DNA of 64,000 nt from Phoronis australis. Lineage: Eukaryota > Animalia > Phoronida. Below the pieces are notes generated by a model. The model did no database searches and was not told the origin of the DNA. It worked only from the letters and a program-made list of their open reading frames with translations. The stretch covers positions 105,598-169,597 of the forward strand of contig NMRA01000631.1 in NCBI GenBank assembly GCA_002633005.1, given 5' to 3'. The position numbers and the translations under genes were made by a program. Shown here in pieces: positions 13,331-27,362 of this stretch; the stretch's first letter is position 1, and each line of letters opens with the position of its first letter.

Positions 13331-16300
13331 ATGGCCTGGCGTTACTCTGGACGTCAGATCTGGAAGCTGTGTCGTCGATGTAATCTCAATGCGCAGCAAA
13401 AATTCACAGTTTCCTCTGTTCAACTACAGGTGAGCCAAAGTGCTAACCATTTGAAAGTTGAAACAGACAGTGAGACACTTCACACATTTGCATTTTCGAG
13501 TGTCTACTTTCAGTCTTCTGATTTGACATGGACTGAGATGACTCTGTGAGTCTCGACTCCTCCCGTCCCAATCTTGATTAGTAGAAGATGAAGTAAGCTT
13601 ATCTTTAGTTTACCGAGCTTAGCCACAGGCTAGCCTTGGTGCAAAGACAAAGCTGTACACTGATGATGGTTATCGTTATACAGCTTGCTCAACAGGCATT
13701 AGACAGTGTAAGTGATCACCGTCTCTGCAGGCAACCCTGTAAGCTTGTAGAGACGGTGGAGCTCCTATAGGCACTTCCTATGCCGGAAGCTTTTCGGTTA
13801 ATTATGCCTTGCAGTGGCTAAAACGTCAATGTTACGTTGTTATAAATACCTTTTGTGCATAGAGGGACACCTTAGTAGGCCGTCGATGTATTGACACCAC
13901 AGTGGCGACTTCGTAGCAACTTTGGATGTTTCTGAGGTCGACAGGCACAATTTGAGGTCGTTTTGGCAATCTGCAGGTCACCAAATTGAGCAATGCGGTA
14001 TGTCATGTCCAAAACTCGAAATTCACACTACCTCACTATGGCCAGTGAAGCTGGTTCAGACAGCAACATGTCAGTTTTTACAGAATTCCACTCCTACCCA
14101 AGTCAACTGATACCCCCATCAATTTATGTGTTCCAAGCTTATTTAATTTTGTAAAGCAATAACCAAAATCCAAACAAATGTGTCATATTTATGTAAATAG
14201 GCAATACGTCGCTTGTGGATGCCATGGGCACAAAGGCAATGACGTAATGAAACTGGTTTTGACAATCAATTTATTTCTGATTGATATAAAAGAAAGTATG
14301 CAAAACAATAGGTATGAAAACAGTTGCTTGTGAATAAAAGATTAGGTATGAATAAGTAAATTGGCAAAACTGCAGTTATCTCCCTTTCATTTTTTCCTAA
14401 ATGTGCAAATTATAGGTTACTTTACAAAAATATTGTAAATTTTGTCTCCACACGTACACCACACTTACAGCACTTTGAGGTCATGAACACACAGTTACAC
14501 ATCATTGGTTATGTACTTCCTGAGCAATTGGGAAACCCATTTCAGACACCCTCTTGTTGAAATTCTAGGTATTAGGGCCTGGAATGACCCGACAGACCAA
14601 TTACAAAAAAGAGGAAAATTTTCCATGTGAAGTACCGGTTGTGTGATAGCAGTATCTTTTTGTATTGTGAAATTTAACTGAAATAAATGTTTTTGCATGA
14701 ATAAAGTCAAAATAATGATAAAAAGTGACCAAAAAGAGGAAACTGGAAATCAAGTGAGAGGAAATCGAAACTGAAAAAGAGGAAATTAATCCTCTTAAAA
14801 GAGGAAAATTCCAAGCCCTGTGACACTGTGGTTTTGCATTAGCCAGAAGTGGCTAAGTTAATAATTTCCTTCGTAAGTAAAGAAACCTGTCAAAAATAAT
14901 TTACGATTACTGAAGAATCTGCGATAATTTGAAGGATTAAAACACATGGACGGCCTTCACCTTTGGAAAGGTAGTTATAGCAATGTGATGGTTTAGCCAG
15001 AACGAGGGGTAATTTGCTGAAATGCTCCTACATGAGGCCTGTGACATGGCCACTGTCTCTACTGATATGCAAATAACAAGGTGAGTTGTCAGGGCTCAAC
15101 ATTAACTTTTTAAGCCACTTCGGGCAAGTAGTTGAAATTTTTACTTGCTCGAACAACGAATTCACTTGCCCCAAGTACAATCCCAAATAGCACCGTGCAT
15201 GTGCACACCTAGGTAATATGTTACCGTAGGGCTGCCTGTGCTGAGCCTCCTCTTGTGTTGTGCACGCTATATACATGAGGTGCTATTTTTTAACGATTCT
15301 ATTTATACTAGTAAGGTGTGTCAAAACACTAGAGACAAATTAGAAGAGTAACTATGGTATCTGAACCATTGTCACACGTTCACAGGCGCCGAAATGAGCT
15401 AGAGCATGAACTCTAGACACTTCTGTGTATTCATTAGTTTATACGCCCTCATGCATTAAACTTGAGTTGGGGTTGCTAACCTGAATTTCAATTTTTGCTA
15501 TCCGTAAAAATCTTGCAGTTTTGGTCATCGGTACCTTGTATTAAATTAAAATCCAATTTTAATATATAATAATGCCACATATACTTTTATTTTTTAAATA
15601 AATATTTACATTTTTGAAAAATAGATAGACCGCGAAAAAGTCACCCTTCAGACTTCAGAGCGGCAATCCCGAAGACCGTATTCCTCTTCTTTCGGGAGTC
15701 GCCACCGGGAGCTGGGAATTCATAAGAATGTCCTTTGGAATTCCCCTGAATAAATACCAGGCCTTTTAAACTGCTGTGTAGTGTAGAAAATATGTCGTCA
15801 ATCATTCACTTTTTAGCTTTTGCGCTTATCTGTATGACTTACATCCGCTGACGAACGCAGTGCTTCCAGCTGTACATGGGTAAACGCTGGCAAAAATCAA
15901 ACGTCATCCCTTGTTCACTGTCTCGCAGGCCAGAAGACCTAATTTCCCATGACGGAACCCATCCCCGCACTCTTTTCGTTTCATATTATTGCTTTGATTC
16001 TTCCTGAACTCGTTTTTTAGCAAGTAAACCAATGCCGTCCAGGCCTGTTTAGTTGTTTTGCCAGAGTGCAGACGATCAGTAGTATCACGTGACAACTTAT
16101 TCAGAAACTGCAGGGCACTTTTAGAGAATCGAAAGGATTTGACCGCGAGCGTCATATGTGCACGCTGCATCACACTCGTTTTATTTTCCTTTCGGTGCTC
16201 ATTCGAAGACGGGAGTTTCTTTGACGGCCACAGGGACTTTTTCGACGGTTTTTAGGCTTGTGTCGGGGTTCGTTACTTTGGAGCAAATGTCGAGCAGACA

Positions 16301-19300
16301 ATCTTAGGATCTACTTGCCTATGCGGCTAGCTTTTTAACTTGCCCATCGGGCAAGTACTTTTCAAATTCAACTTGCCCGACGCAAAATCTACATGTACAC
16401 GGACAATCGGGCAACCGTTAGTGTTGAGCCCTGGTTGTACAGATCTTTTCATTTCCTGTAGTTTTATTTCCAAGTGGAGATGCTATTAATTTTTTTAAGT
16501 GTTCGTTATCTACCAGCAAGCATGGCTATCTTTAAACAAGTTTCAACTATTGATCATATTTTTCTTGCAGAGTATGAGCACTTCACCGCAAGATCTAGAA
16601 AAGATTTTTGGTGACAAACCACAGTTTCCAGGCTCGCGGTCGTCGTGGACAACTGAGTTGGAGTTCCTTGTTCCAGAACAGTATCCTGGGATTCCTGTTT
16701 ATCGGTTAACAGATCGTGATGGGAACATAATTAATGAAAAGGAAGACCCGAAGGTGTGATGTCCATTGGAAGTTATTAAGTAGCAATTTCTGAGAGCAGT
16801 CCCACAGTTGGTTCTACATCGACCGTCACAGATTTTCCTGAAACTTTATGGTGGCTTGGTCTACCCCTAGATATGCACTAAGTCACCTTTGATTTTCTGG
16901 CACAAGCCTCGTTTTTGTCTTTGTGCTGATCTTGCAAAAATGACTTTTTGGACACTTATTTCAGCAAAAAAGCCGTCAACTTTGCAAGACTATTGACAGA
17001 TCTTAATAATTAGGAACATTTTTTTTTGTCTGTGAAAGTATTTTACCTTAAGATCCAGAAACATGTTTGATGTTTAGGATAAACAGTTTAGCATTTAAGT
17101 ATTGTCTTCTCAACAATTCTGAATTTTTGCGAATTTTCAAACGGATGATTTTGGCCACTTTCACCAAAAAAGCGAACAAAGGATATAGCATGTGTGAATA
17201 TGAAGCCAATGTGATTTTTTGTGTTAATTTAGTACATGGCCACTTAGTGGTTAACATGTACCTTTATTGGTTCCACTTTGGACTATTTGGCTACTCAGAT
17301 ACATTGATTTCATTGAGTGCCTTGTTACTCTTGTAATCTCTGTCAAGACAGTTGTTTTGATATAAGACACGTTTCATTTTACATCAATGTTAATTATTTG
17401 CTATTACAGACCCCTTCCCTCTGTTACCTCTTGGCTCCTTCACTGCCATCATCACCACTACCACCACCATAACCACCACCACCATCACCATCACCCATCT
17501 CGGACACCATCACATTTAAAGCTTTAGCTGTTTTTATACACCCACATATTTGTGGGTGTATATTGCCATCGTCTCTTTTCAGGTATCCTGCGTCGGACAT
17601 CTCCTGCTGTATCTCTTAAATGGCTTGAAGGATTTTAATGAGATTTGGCTAATGTGTTCCTATGAAACTGAAGACAGATGATGATGACTGCGATACCTCT
17701 GTGGCCATTAATTTGCAATTTTAATTTATTTTTATGTTTGGTTCTGTATCTTCAGAGTTCTTTCATGATAGCTTTCTATTAAGGACGCAATATCTTTTCA
17801 TTTTTATACGCCGTTCTATCAACTAAACCGCTTTAGGGATGATTTTAAAAATTGGCATATATGTTCTTACTGTGAAGAGGGCGACTGACGATGATTTTCC
17901 GATGACTTCAACAAGTCTGGCGCCTCCTAGTGGCAGTTTTGTTTGTTTGTTTTTGCGCCCATAGCTGTATCTCCTAAACCCTCACAAGATCTTAATGAGA
18001 TTTAGCAGATGTGTTCCCATGAAGCTGACGACAAATGACAACGAATTTCAGACTTCTCAAAGTACTGTTGTGCCCCCTAGTGCCAATTTTATTTTTTTTT
18101 GCGCATATCTCTGTAGATTTGGAGGTCCTCGACGGATTTTCATAAAATGTGGCAGTTAGGCATCTATTAGTGAGATGATGCCATCCTCCTGTTTTAGGAC
18201 GGATTCCGGGTACTTAGCGCAACGTAGTGGCCATTTTTACTGTATTCGAGTCTGTTTTTTTGGCGTCCGCCATTCTATCAACCAAACCGCTCAAGGGATG
18301 ATTTTGAAAATTGGCATATATGTTCTTACTATGAAGAGGGCGGCTGACGATGTTCAGATGACTTAGACTACTATGGCGCCTTCAAGTGGCAGTTTTGTTT
18401 GTTCTTGCGCCTATGGCTGTGTCTCCTAAATGCTCTACAGGATCTTTATTGAATTTTGCTGGTGTATTTATATGAAGTTGACAACAGAGGATGACGACTT
18501 TCGGACGGATTGGGGCACCAGTGTGCCCCCTAGTGGCAATTTTATTTTTTTATGTTTACCTCTGTATCTTTAAAGGTTGTCAATGGATTTTCATAAAATT
18601 TAGCAGTTAGACATCTATTAGTGAGGTGATGCTATCATCCGGTTTTTGGTAAAATTCGAGGCATTTTGCGCCACCTTGTGGCCATTTTTACTGTTTTCAA
18701 GTCTTGTTATTTGGCATCTTCTCCTCTCTCAACCAAACCACTCTAAGGATGGTTGTAGAAATTGGCATTTATGTTCCTAATGTGAAGAGGAAGTCTTACG
18801 ATGATTTTTCGACAACTTTATCTACTTTGGCACCTCTTAGTGGCAGTTGTGTTTTTTGCGCTTATAGCTTCTTAGTGACAATCGGACTACTGCTTTGCCC
18901 CTCCCATTTGTATCTTTGCAATTCGTTGATAGATTTTCATGGAATTTGGAATTCTATTTGTGGACGACAACACCTTTTCCATTTTTGGACGAGTTTGAAA
19001 TATTCTGCACACACTAGCGGCCATTTTTATAATGCTAACAAACAACCCCGGAAGAATGTTGTTTGCTGTGCAGTCATGGGGGACTTCCAATGCTCTCCAT
19101 TGCTCTTGTTTATTCTGTCTGATCTCTTTTACCCTGAGCACCTTCTGTTTGACCTTTCAGTTTGTAATTAAAAGGATCAGCCCACTACTTGAGATATCAC
19201 ACTCTCACATCTTTACCTTAATCGCATCCTTGAAACTATACATTGTTAGGCATTGTACTAATGATAAATTATTTCTCAGCTTAGCAAGGAAGAATGTCTC

Positions 19301-22300
19301 AAGATGTACAAAACTATGACATCACTAAACAAGTTCGACAGAGTCATGTACGATGCACAGCGTCAAGGTCGAATCTCATTTTTTATGACTTCCTTTGGTG
19401 AAGAAGCCACCCACGTTGGCTCTGCTGCCGCGCTCAACCCCAAGGATCTGGTCTTCGGACAGTACAGAGAAACTGGTATGTTAGAGAGACTATGGCAACA
19501 ACATATAATTATGCAGAATCATAAAAACTGTGGTGATATTTGGCATCATCTACTTGCAGTGTTCTTATGAAACCCATGCCTGGTAGAAATTAATTATGTA
19601 TATATAGGTGCAAGAGTGCAGTAATAGCATTTTTAAAGCCATGTTTTGTACTGTTGTACTATAGGTAATTCTTCTTTAATTTGTTTTTTAATGCACTTGT
19701 ATTGTAGGATGTCAATGTTGTATTAAACTAGTCTTGTTTAATGACATTTCTTTGTTACTGTATGCTTATAGAGGCATACCGTGTTCCCTTTCAGGCATCC
19801 CAAAATCGCTTAGTAATACATACTTTAAACATACCAATGTTGTGTAGTTTAACAATTCAAAAGGGATACCTAATAGCCTGCTTCAACCATAGTATGCTGG
19901 TGGAAATCTAACATGTCTTCAGAACTTGGTTTGTCATCTGATAGATGCAAAATCGAAATGAAACAACTCTACAATGAATCTGCACGTATGTCCCAAATTG
20001 TCATACTAGGTGTGTGCTCTGAAGTGAGTGTGTGTAATACTGCTTTAGTGCTGTGATTAAATGATGATATTGTTCACTCAAGGTTGAATATTAGTATTTC
20101 ACCATTTCTTGTAAAGCACCTGTTGGGGAGTCTTAAGTACATTGCTATTCGAATGCAAAGTTGAAAACGATTCAAACATGTAGTCTCACTCAGTACAAAA
20201 TACAAAGAACATGGTAAGCATTTTTTCAGTCTTTTGTAAACAATAACATGATAAATGTCTTACGTGGGATAAGCCAGAATTCCACATAAAAATACTGCAG
20301 ATTAGAAATCGACCACCAAGGGGCCGTGGTGGTAACAAAATTATGCCAGCCCAAACTTGACCCCAATTACAGTGGTTGTTTTCGTCAATCTTGAGCAACT
20401 TTTTGTTATTCTTGTCTTATTATGTGTTACGTCAAGTTGTTGTAACTTGACCGGTCAGTGTTGTGTTGCAGGTGTATTATTCTACAGGGGCTTTCCACTC
20501 AGCAGTGCCATGCACCAGTGTTATGGCAATAACTTGGATGGGGGCAAGGGGAAACAGATGCCTGTCCACTACGGCTCCCCAGAACTTCACTATGTCACTA
20601 TCTCCTCTACACTGGCTACACAAATGCCTCAGGGTAGGAGTTAATGTATTAAAGTTGGAAGTTGCATGGTAATTCTTTAGTTTGTGTCTTACACGCCATA
20701 CGTTGGTCCCATTACATCACCTGTTGTTGAGTCTGAAAACATCTCTGTCCATACCGGTGTGATGTGACCAACAGATGGTGTGTAAGGGACTATTGATTTT
20801 TACACGTGCCATATCAATGCATTGATATATACCAGCACGTTTATTTAACAACACGTTTATAATTTGTTGTGTTACTTTCCACAAGAATAATTGCTCTATC
20901 AAATAATCAAATCGATGTGACAAACATGTGGTGTGTAAGAGACTAATAATTCGAGGCACTGATATGTAACAGCACATTCATAATTTATTGGTTATTTGAC
21001 ACAAGAGCTATAAACAAATATAGAGTTCAATTTATTTAACGTTTGTTCACTACTTGCATGAATTCACCATTGCCTTTTTGGTTGAAAATGAGGTGTTGTG
21101 TCCTAACTATTTTTGGGTTCTGCGTGTTTGGAACACGCTCACTTTCACTTTTGCATTCTTAAAATTGATGATAAAATGAGGCATTGTGTCCAAAATAACG
21201 ATGCGCAACAATCTTTTTTGCAGCACCACCAAATTGCACAAGTAGTAAATATTTGTTGAAAAATTCCACTTGTGGGCCATAGTGTGTGCCAGAATGCTGG
21301 CACAATACTCAGTTTATAACATGGACACAAACTGTATGTCATTGTCTGTCACAAGATGGATGTGAAGAACACAGCTATTTTGAAAAAAAAAATCGAAAAT
21401 CACAGTGATTCTCAAGAGGTGTTTTTGTCAGAAACAAATCTTGTTTTGACTTTATGAGATTCTATTAGCTTGTGAAAAGTTGCTGCCAACATACACAAGT
21501 TTAAAATAAATGGAATAAGGATTCGTAAATTTAAAGCAAATAAACAAATTAATGAGATGGGTGGTTCTTGCCTTGATTTGCTTACATTAATAAAAAATCA
21601 CTGAGTCTTGAACAGACATCTTGAGTTGGTATAAAAATCACTGAGCCATTAACAGACATCTTGAGTTGATATATAAAGCACTGAGCCATGAGTAGATACC
21701 TTGAGTTGCTATAAAAAACACTGAGTCATGAACAGACATCTTGAGTTGGTATAAAATAAACACGTTTACCTAACTGCCACTTTTCAGTGCTGAACAGAGA
21801 AGACAAAGTGACTGGGTACACAATCACGAATGTACCCCTTATGGTGTACACATTTGAGAAAATATCCCCTCTGGTGTACACAATCAAGAAAATACCCCCT
21901 CTGGTATACACAATTCACAACTCTTTGTTTTGAGTTTCCCCTAAGTTGAAATTAACATTTGTCTGTACTAGGGTTTAGACTGTCTTTCATTCGTTCATTT
22001 AATAATGACGGTCCACAAATTAATACTCTGCTATACAACACAATACATCATAGTAAGAAATTCATACTTTCAGACAGATAAGATATGGTAGAAGTACAAA
22101 ATGAATTAAAATCATGGATAATTTATGTAAAAAAAGTTATTGCCATTGTGGTCTGCGAAAATTATTTGTGCCTTTTCTTTGAATATATTATTCAGATAAG
22201 CAAAGTTTATGAACTGTAAATTTATTGTGTAAAACTTCAAAATCTCACACATTAAATATTCCCCATTTCTACTGTGCTGTAAAAAAACCTAACTTTTAGC

Positions 22301-25300
22301 CATGTCTTACTAATAGTGATCATTATACATTGCAGCCAGCGGAGCAGCTTTTGCATACAAACGTGCCCAGAACGGGCTTTGTGTGATCTGTTACTTTGGT
22401 GACGGTGCTGCCTCGGAGGGCGATGCCCACGCTGCATTCAACTTTGCTGCCACTCTCGACTGTCCCATCATCTTTTTCTGGTAAATTGCCTGTCCATGTT
22501 TTTCGTGTTGTCTGTTGGCCCATTGCTTGCTGTTAATTGTTGTGTGATGTTTCACTCTGTTTTAACTTATTTTAACAAGATGAAAATAAAATTTGATATT
22601 AAAAGTTAGAATTATATTTAAAGAAGTTGACTATTTTAAGTTTTGGCTTGATTTTGAGTAGAAAGAAGGGCATTAAGGATGTGTGTATTCAATAAAGCAT
22701 TTTAAAGCAAATCAATAATACCATGAAAGTAAAAATTGCTGTTTTACAAAAATTGATAAACAGTTTTTTTAAAGTTTGTCTACCGTAATCGTTCGGGTTA
22801 ACGCCCTGGGCGGTTAAATTGGCGAACCCAAAAAATCGGGGGTGGGCGGTTAACCAGACATGGGCGCTTAAACGTGAAATTTCAAGAAATCGGGGGGGNT
22901 CTCACACATTAAATATTCCCCATTTCTACTGTGCTGTAAAAAAACCTAACTTTTAGCCATGTCTTACTAATAGTGATCATTATACATTGCAGCCAGCGGA
23001 GCAGCTTTTGCATACAAACGTGCCCAGAACGGGCTTTGTGTGATCTGTTATTTTGGTGACGGTGCTGCCTCGGAGGGCGACGCCCACGCTGCATTCAACT
23101 TTGCTGCCACGCTCGACTGTCCCATCATCTTTTTCTGGTAAATTGCCTGTCCATGTGTTTCCTGTTGTCTGTTGGCCCATTGCTTCCTGTTAATTGTTGT
23201 GTGATGTTTCACTCTGTTTTAACTTATTTTAACAAGATGAAAATAAAATTTGATATTAAAAGTTAGAATTATATTTAATTAAGTTGACTATTTTAAGTTT
23301 TGGCTTGATTTTGAGTAGAAAGAAGCGCAGAAGTTCATAACGTTCAGGATGTGTGTATCCAATAAAGCGTTTTAAAGCAAATTGATAATACCATGAAAGT
23401 AAAAATTGCTGTTTTACAAAAATTGATAAACAGTTAAAGTTTGTCTAAACTAGGATGTGATGACTGCATGTGTATTTCAGTCGAAACAACGGTTATGCCA
23501 TCTCCACGCCAACAAGGGAACAGTATAGAGGGGATGGTATTGGTGAGTAACACTCAATTGCTGTATGGTGTTTAAGTTGCAGGGATGTAGCAAGACGTCT
23601 TGACTGGTATGAAACCACCCCTTGGTCTGAGTGTTGGGTTACTGTACTCATCCTGATTTATGCTAAAGGTTTTCAAATTGAGAAATACAAGAATTTGAAG
23701 TGTGGATTAAGTGGGGTCCCCAAAGAACATGGGTATTTATTTGAAGTTGTTTGGTTTTTTTTGCAGCATTAGCTGAGTGTGAGTGTTAACGAGTTTGATA
23801 CTTTTCTCTTTACATATACCATGGACACGGTACTGAGACTGAATAGATCAAATGTTGTGTATTTTTGATCATGAAAATTCTCAAATTTTGTTGAATCTGG
23901 ATTTTGCAGAAGCTAGTTCTTTACACTTTCACTTTGTGCCTTGTGTGACTTTAATGCTCCATGCACATTGTATTTGTGGTGTAGGAGTCCATTAACCAAC
24001 CTGACATTATACTGTATATTTTGCTGGAATTCAAATACAAGCCAGAAATTAGTTACCTTTAATTTATACCTGCTGTTCCTCTCATTTCCAAATGAACGTC
24101 CTCTATTGGATATTCTTGTGGAAAAGCAGCTTTGTTATAAAAAATGTGAATTTCTACTGGAACTTGTTTTTCCCAAATATGTTTTAGACGATAGAGTTTA
24201 TCTTCATAGTCATTTGATTCCCACTGTCCACAACCACACCATTTTATTAACTTTGATTGCTATATTCAGAGGTCTATGCAATGAATTGTTGAATTCACCA
24301 TATGGTGCCCTGCCCCCTGATGACATGTCATCATTGCTATCTCCTGGAGAACGTGGCTATGGAATGCCAGTGTCACCATGATTTATAGAATTACGCACAC
24401 CAGATCCTTTCAGTGTTGCCCAGTGTTCAGTACCATCATATTAAATGTTGGTAAGTTTTAGAGGACCTTGCAGTAGAATGTTGAATTTGCCATATGGCTT
24501 GTTTTCGTGTTTTTACCATGTCATTTTGTTTACATTGTTAGCTTCTAGAGGGCCCGGCTATGGAATGCCAAGTATACGGGTGGATGGTAATGATGTCTTT
24601 GCTGTTTACAACGTTACCAAGAAGGCAAGAGAAATTGCAGTTAATCAGAATAGACCAGTTCTTATTGAAGCGATGACGTACAGGTAAGTTATAATTCCTG
24701 TAACTTTAACAAGGTCTTGCGCATACCTGCTTTTGTCAAGTAAAAATCATTATCATCGATATTATGAAATTGTATGTGTCCAGTATTTAAGCAAGAGCCT
24801 TCCCAATTCTAGATCTGTGGACAATACAGAAGTTTTTGTGGAATTACATAAATGTTTTGTTCTTGAAAGTTATTGTGGTTATTACAAGCTTATGAAATGT
24901 CTTTGTATTCAACTGATATTTTAATACTATTAAAATGAAAACTTACAGTAGTCCAAAAATGAAAATCAATCCAATTTTATTGTTGTGGCTTCAGGCTTGG
25001 GCACCATAGTACATCTGATGACAGCACTGCCTATAGGTCAACGGATGAAGTGAGCTACTGGGACAAGGAAGACCATCCGATTGGTCGCCTAAGGAAATAC
25101 ATGATCAAGAATGACTACTGGAGTGAGGAGGAAGACAAGGAGTGGGATACAGAGTGTAGGAAGCAGGTTAGTATAATTGTATTTTATCCCATATGTGTTG
25201 AATCTGTCGAGGGAAATACAGCGCCATGTAATAAAGTTTTCCGTATTCACCTCCCGCACTACTTCAACAGTGACCTCCGACATGGAAAGTTCAAAAGGTA

Positions 25301-26469
25301 GGTCAATGTCGACTCAACGTTGTTAGCCGGTTCGATCACCAAATTTTCGGAAAATAGTTTAAAGTAATACAATTATAGCAGTGTAAATAACACTCAACAT
25401 ACTATCAGGTCTCAATCGTAACATTTGGAACAGGACTGTTAATTATATGACAGTTCTGTTTCAATTTTCATTTGCTAAATATTTTATCGTCTGCAACTCG
25501 GGCGACGATTTCTCGATAACTACTATATCAAATGTTGTTATTTAACTATTTTCAGGAGATGTTACAAGTTCAATGAAAAGTTACCCTTGTTTTCATTTTT
25601 GTTATCTCTTTTCAAGTAATAAATCATCACTTTTAAAACAGTTTCTTTTACTAGTGAAAACTTGCAGCCTAACGCACAAGTACATACATGTAGGATGTGA
25701 TATGTCACGTGAACAGTCTGAGTGAAATATTTAAAACATCTGCAGAAAAAAATGAAAGAAACTTAGGAATTCGAAGCGTATGGGATAAATACAAAACATA
25801 CTTCCATTGGCGTACATTATTCCGCGTATCGACCAAGACCGAGGGTCGAGGTCGATACGCGGAATAATGTCGAGTGAGATTTTACTTCATGAACGCCACT
25901 CTCTGTATGTTTTGTGTATTTACAGCACTTGCTTTTATAACACTAGTCTCAACTTGTTCCAAACTCAGATGAGAAAATGGGTGGTAAAAATCTGGCAGTT
26001 TGTTATTACTTGATAATTTGTTCAACAAATAAAATGACAAACCTACTTGTTGAGCCTGATCACTCATTAACGAATTGTCAGTTGTGTTGAAGCTCAGATA
26101 GTAAATTGCATCTGGTGACAGTGAGGAAGAGGCAGAGACCAATTCCATGTCTTATAGTGGTCTAAATTGTAAGTTATTTTTTGATAAAAGATGGGTTCAT
26201 AACAGCAGATTATTACATTTGCATGTATTTTGACAGAAGGGCAGCTTTAAGTGAGAAACAGAATGGATTAGGCTATAATTTATTTCTTCCAGGTGATTAC
26301 AGCATTCAGTAATGCTGAGAAAGTCAAGAAACCACACCCTGGCGAAGTTCTATTGGATGTCTACAAAGACTCAACTCCTCAACTTGAAAAACAGTACGAG
26401 GACTTGAGAACCCACTTGGACCAATACAAAGAACACTATCCCATGGAGAACTTTGAGAAAATGAAGTGA
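13331..26469 (+). CDS. BCKDHA: Branched-chain 2-oxo acid dehydrogenase E1 alpha subunit, mitochondrial (complete, 9 exons, 445 aa)
   Basis: Exons 13331-13429 (basic transit-peptide-like, less certain), 16571-16753, 19280-19475, 20472-20633, 22336-22480 (second copy 22993-23137), 23481-23542, 24542-24683, 24995-25166, 26293-26469. Total 1338 nt with consistent phases. Motifs [23 protein letters not shown]-binding [11 protein letters not shown], and kinase site [11 protein letters not shown]. Confidence 0.96.
15090..16433 (-). mobile_element. Non-autonomous hAT-like DNA transposon with 5-bp TSD, in BCKDHA intron 1
   Basis: TIRs cagggctcaacattaac / gttagtgttgagccctg; GTTGT on both flanks; subterminal cgggcaagt/acttgcccg repeats at both ends; decayed minus-strand reading [30 protein letters not shown] resembling a TTF-type zinc finger. 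Confidence 0.75.
17441..17496. repeat. (CAC/CAT)n imperfect microsatellite
   Basis: catcatcaccactaccaccaccataaccaccaccaccatcaccatcacc. Confidence 0.8.
17531..19111 (+). mobile_element. Helentron-type element copy 2 (more diverged), BCKDHA intron 2
   Basis: 5' palindrome tatacacccaca..tgtgggtgtata, the same ~145-bp units (cctagtggc cores) and the same 3' end tgctctccattgctcttgtt as copy 1. Confidence 0.7.
21590..21912. repeat. Two adjacent minisatellites (40-bp x ~4 and 30-bp x ~4)
   Basis: ataaaaaNcactgagtcNtgaacagacatcttgagttg unit at 21590-21755; ctggtgtacacaatc..tacccc unit at 21812-21912. Confidence 0.75.
22243..23446 (+). other. Near-identical duplication of BCKDHA exon 5 and flanks across an N join (probably two haplotypes)
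   Basis: 22243-22782 is repeated from 22900 (offset 657); N at 22899; the exon copies differ only by synonymous changes. Confidence 0.8.
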
Positions 26470-27362
26470 CGCTCAACTGGGTGTGTATAGTACTGGATGG
26501 ATGATCAAATCTTAATGCAGTACAAGACAGATCCAAAACCATAGTAAAGATTCTCCAATGCTGGACAAGAATTTTCTTTATCTCAAAGGCTCGCAGTGTT
26601 GTTTCAAACACTCGTAATTTCACCAGAATTATTTGATTTTAGCTGCATAATGCGGATCATGCTGACGATTCATATTAAAGTAAAACTTATTTTTGTTCTG
26701 TATTTCCTCTTTGCAGTCACACTGTGTCCTTAACTCCATATTTTTTGTTTATTGTAAATCAAATTATTGAAACTGCTAATTAATCTTTGATTCTTTTTTC
26801 AAATTTATCACTGATTGAAATCCTATACGAGAGATTATTGGCAAATGAATTTTTCAACATTAACGTAATATAGACTTTCTGTTCCTGAGAACTAGTTGTT
26901 TGAGACTAATCAAGATTTCATCCATTAATTTTTGAAAGTTGTCACCAAGTTACTTTTAGTTTGTGCGAGCTGATCAAAGAATGTCATTGTGTGAAAGAGC
27001 CGTTATAGTAGTTATTCAGAGCTTCTTGTTCGCAATTGTTCCCTCTCATAACAGCCAGTGCTGCTTACAACAAAAATGATGAGTTAGGATTGTTCTCTGC
27101 GACATAACTCTTCGTACAGAATAGCATTACAAGCGCGTTAACTTTCAGATAAATGTCCTCATCATTCGTGACCATGACAGATGGCTACTGTTCTAGTGAA
27201 GTTCACTTCTGCTCTGCCATCACTACAGGAGAATTCCCAGTCATTTTGATCAATTTGCTTTGGTGTGTTCTGTTTTCTTTTGTTGTGATCATGGCTGATG
27301 TTCTAGAACAGCAAGTTGTAAAGGTTGCTCTCAAAAACAATATACACTATTTATTAAAATTA

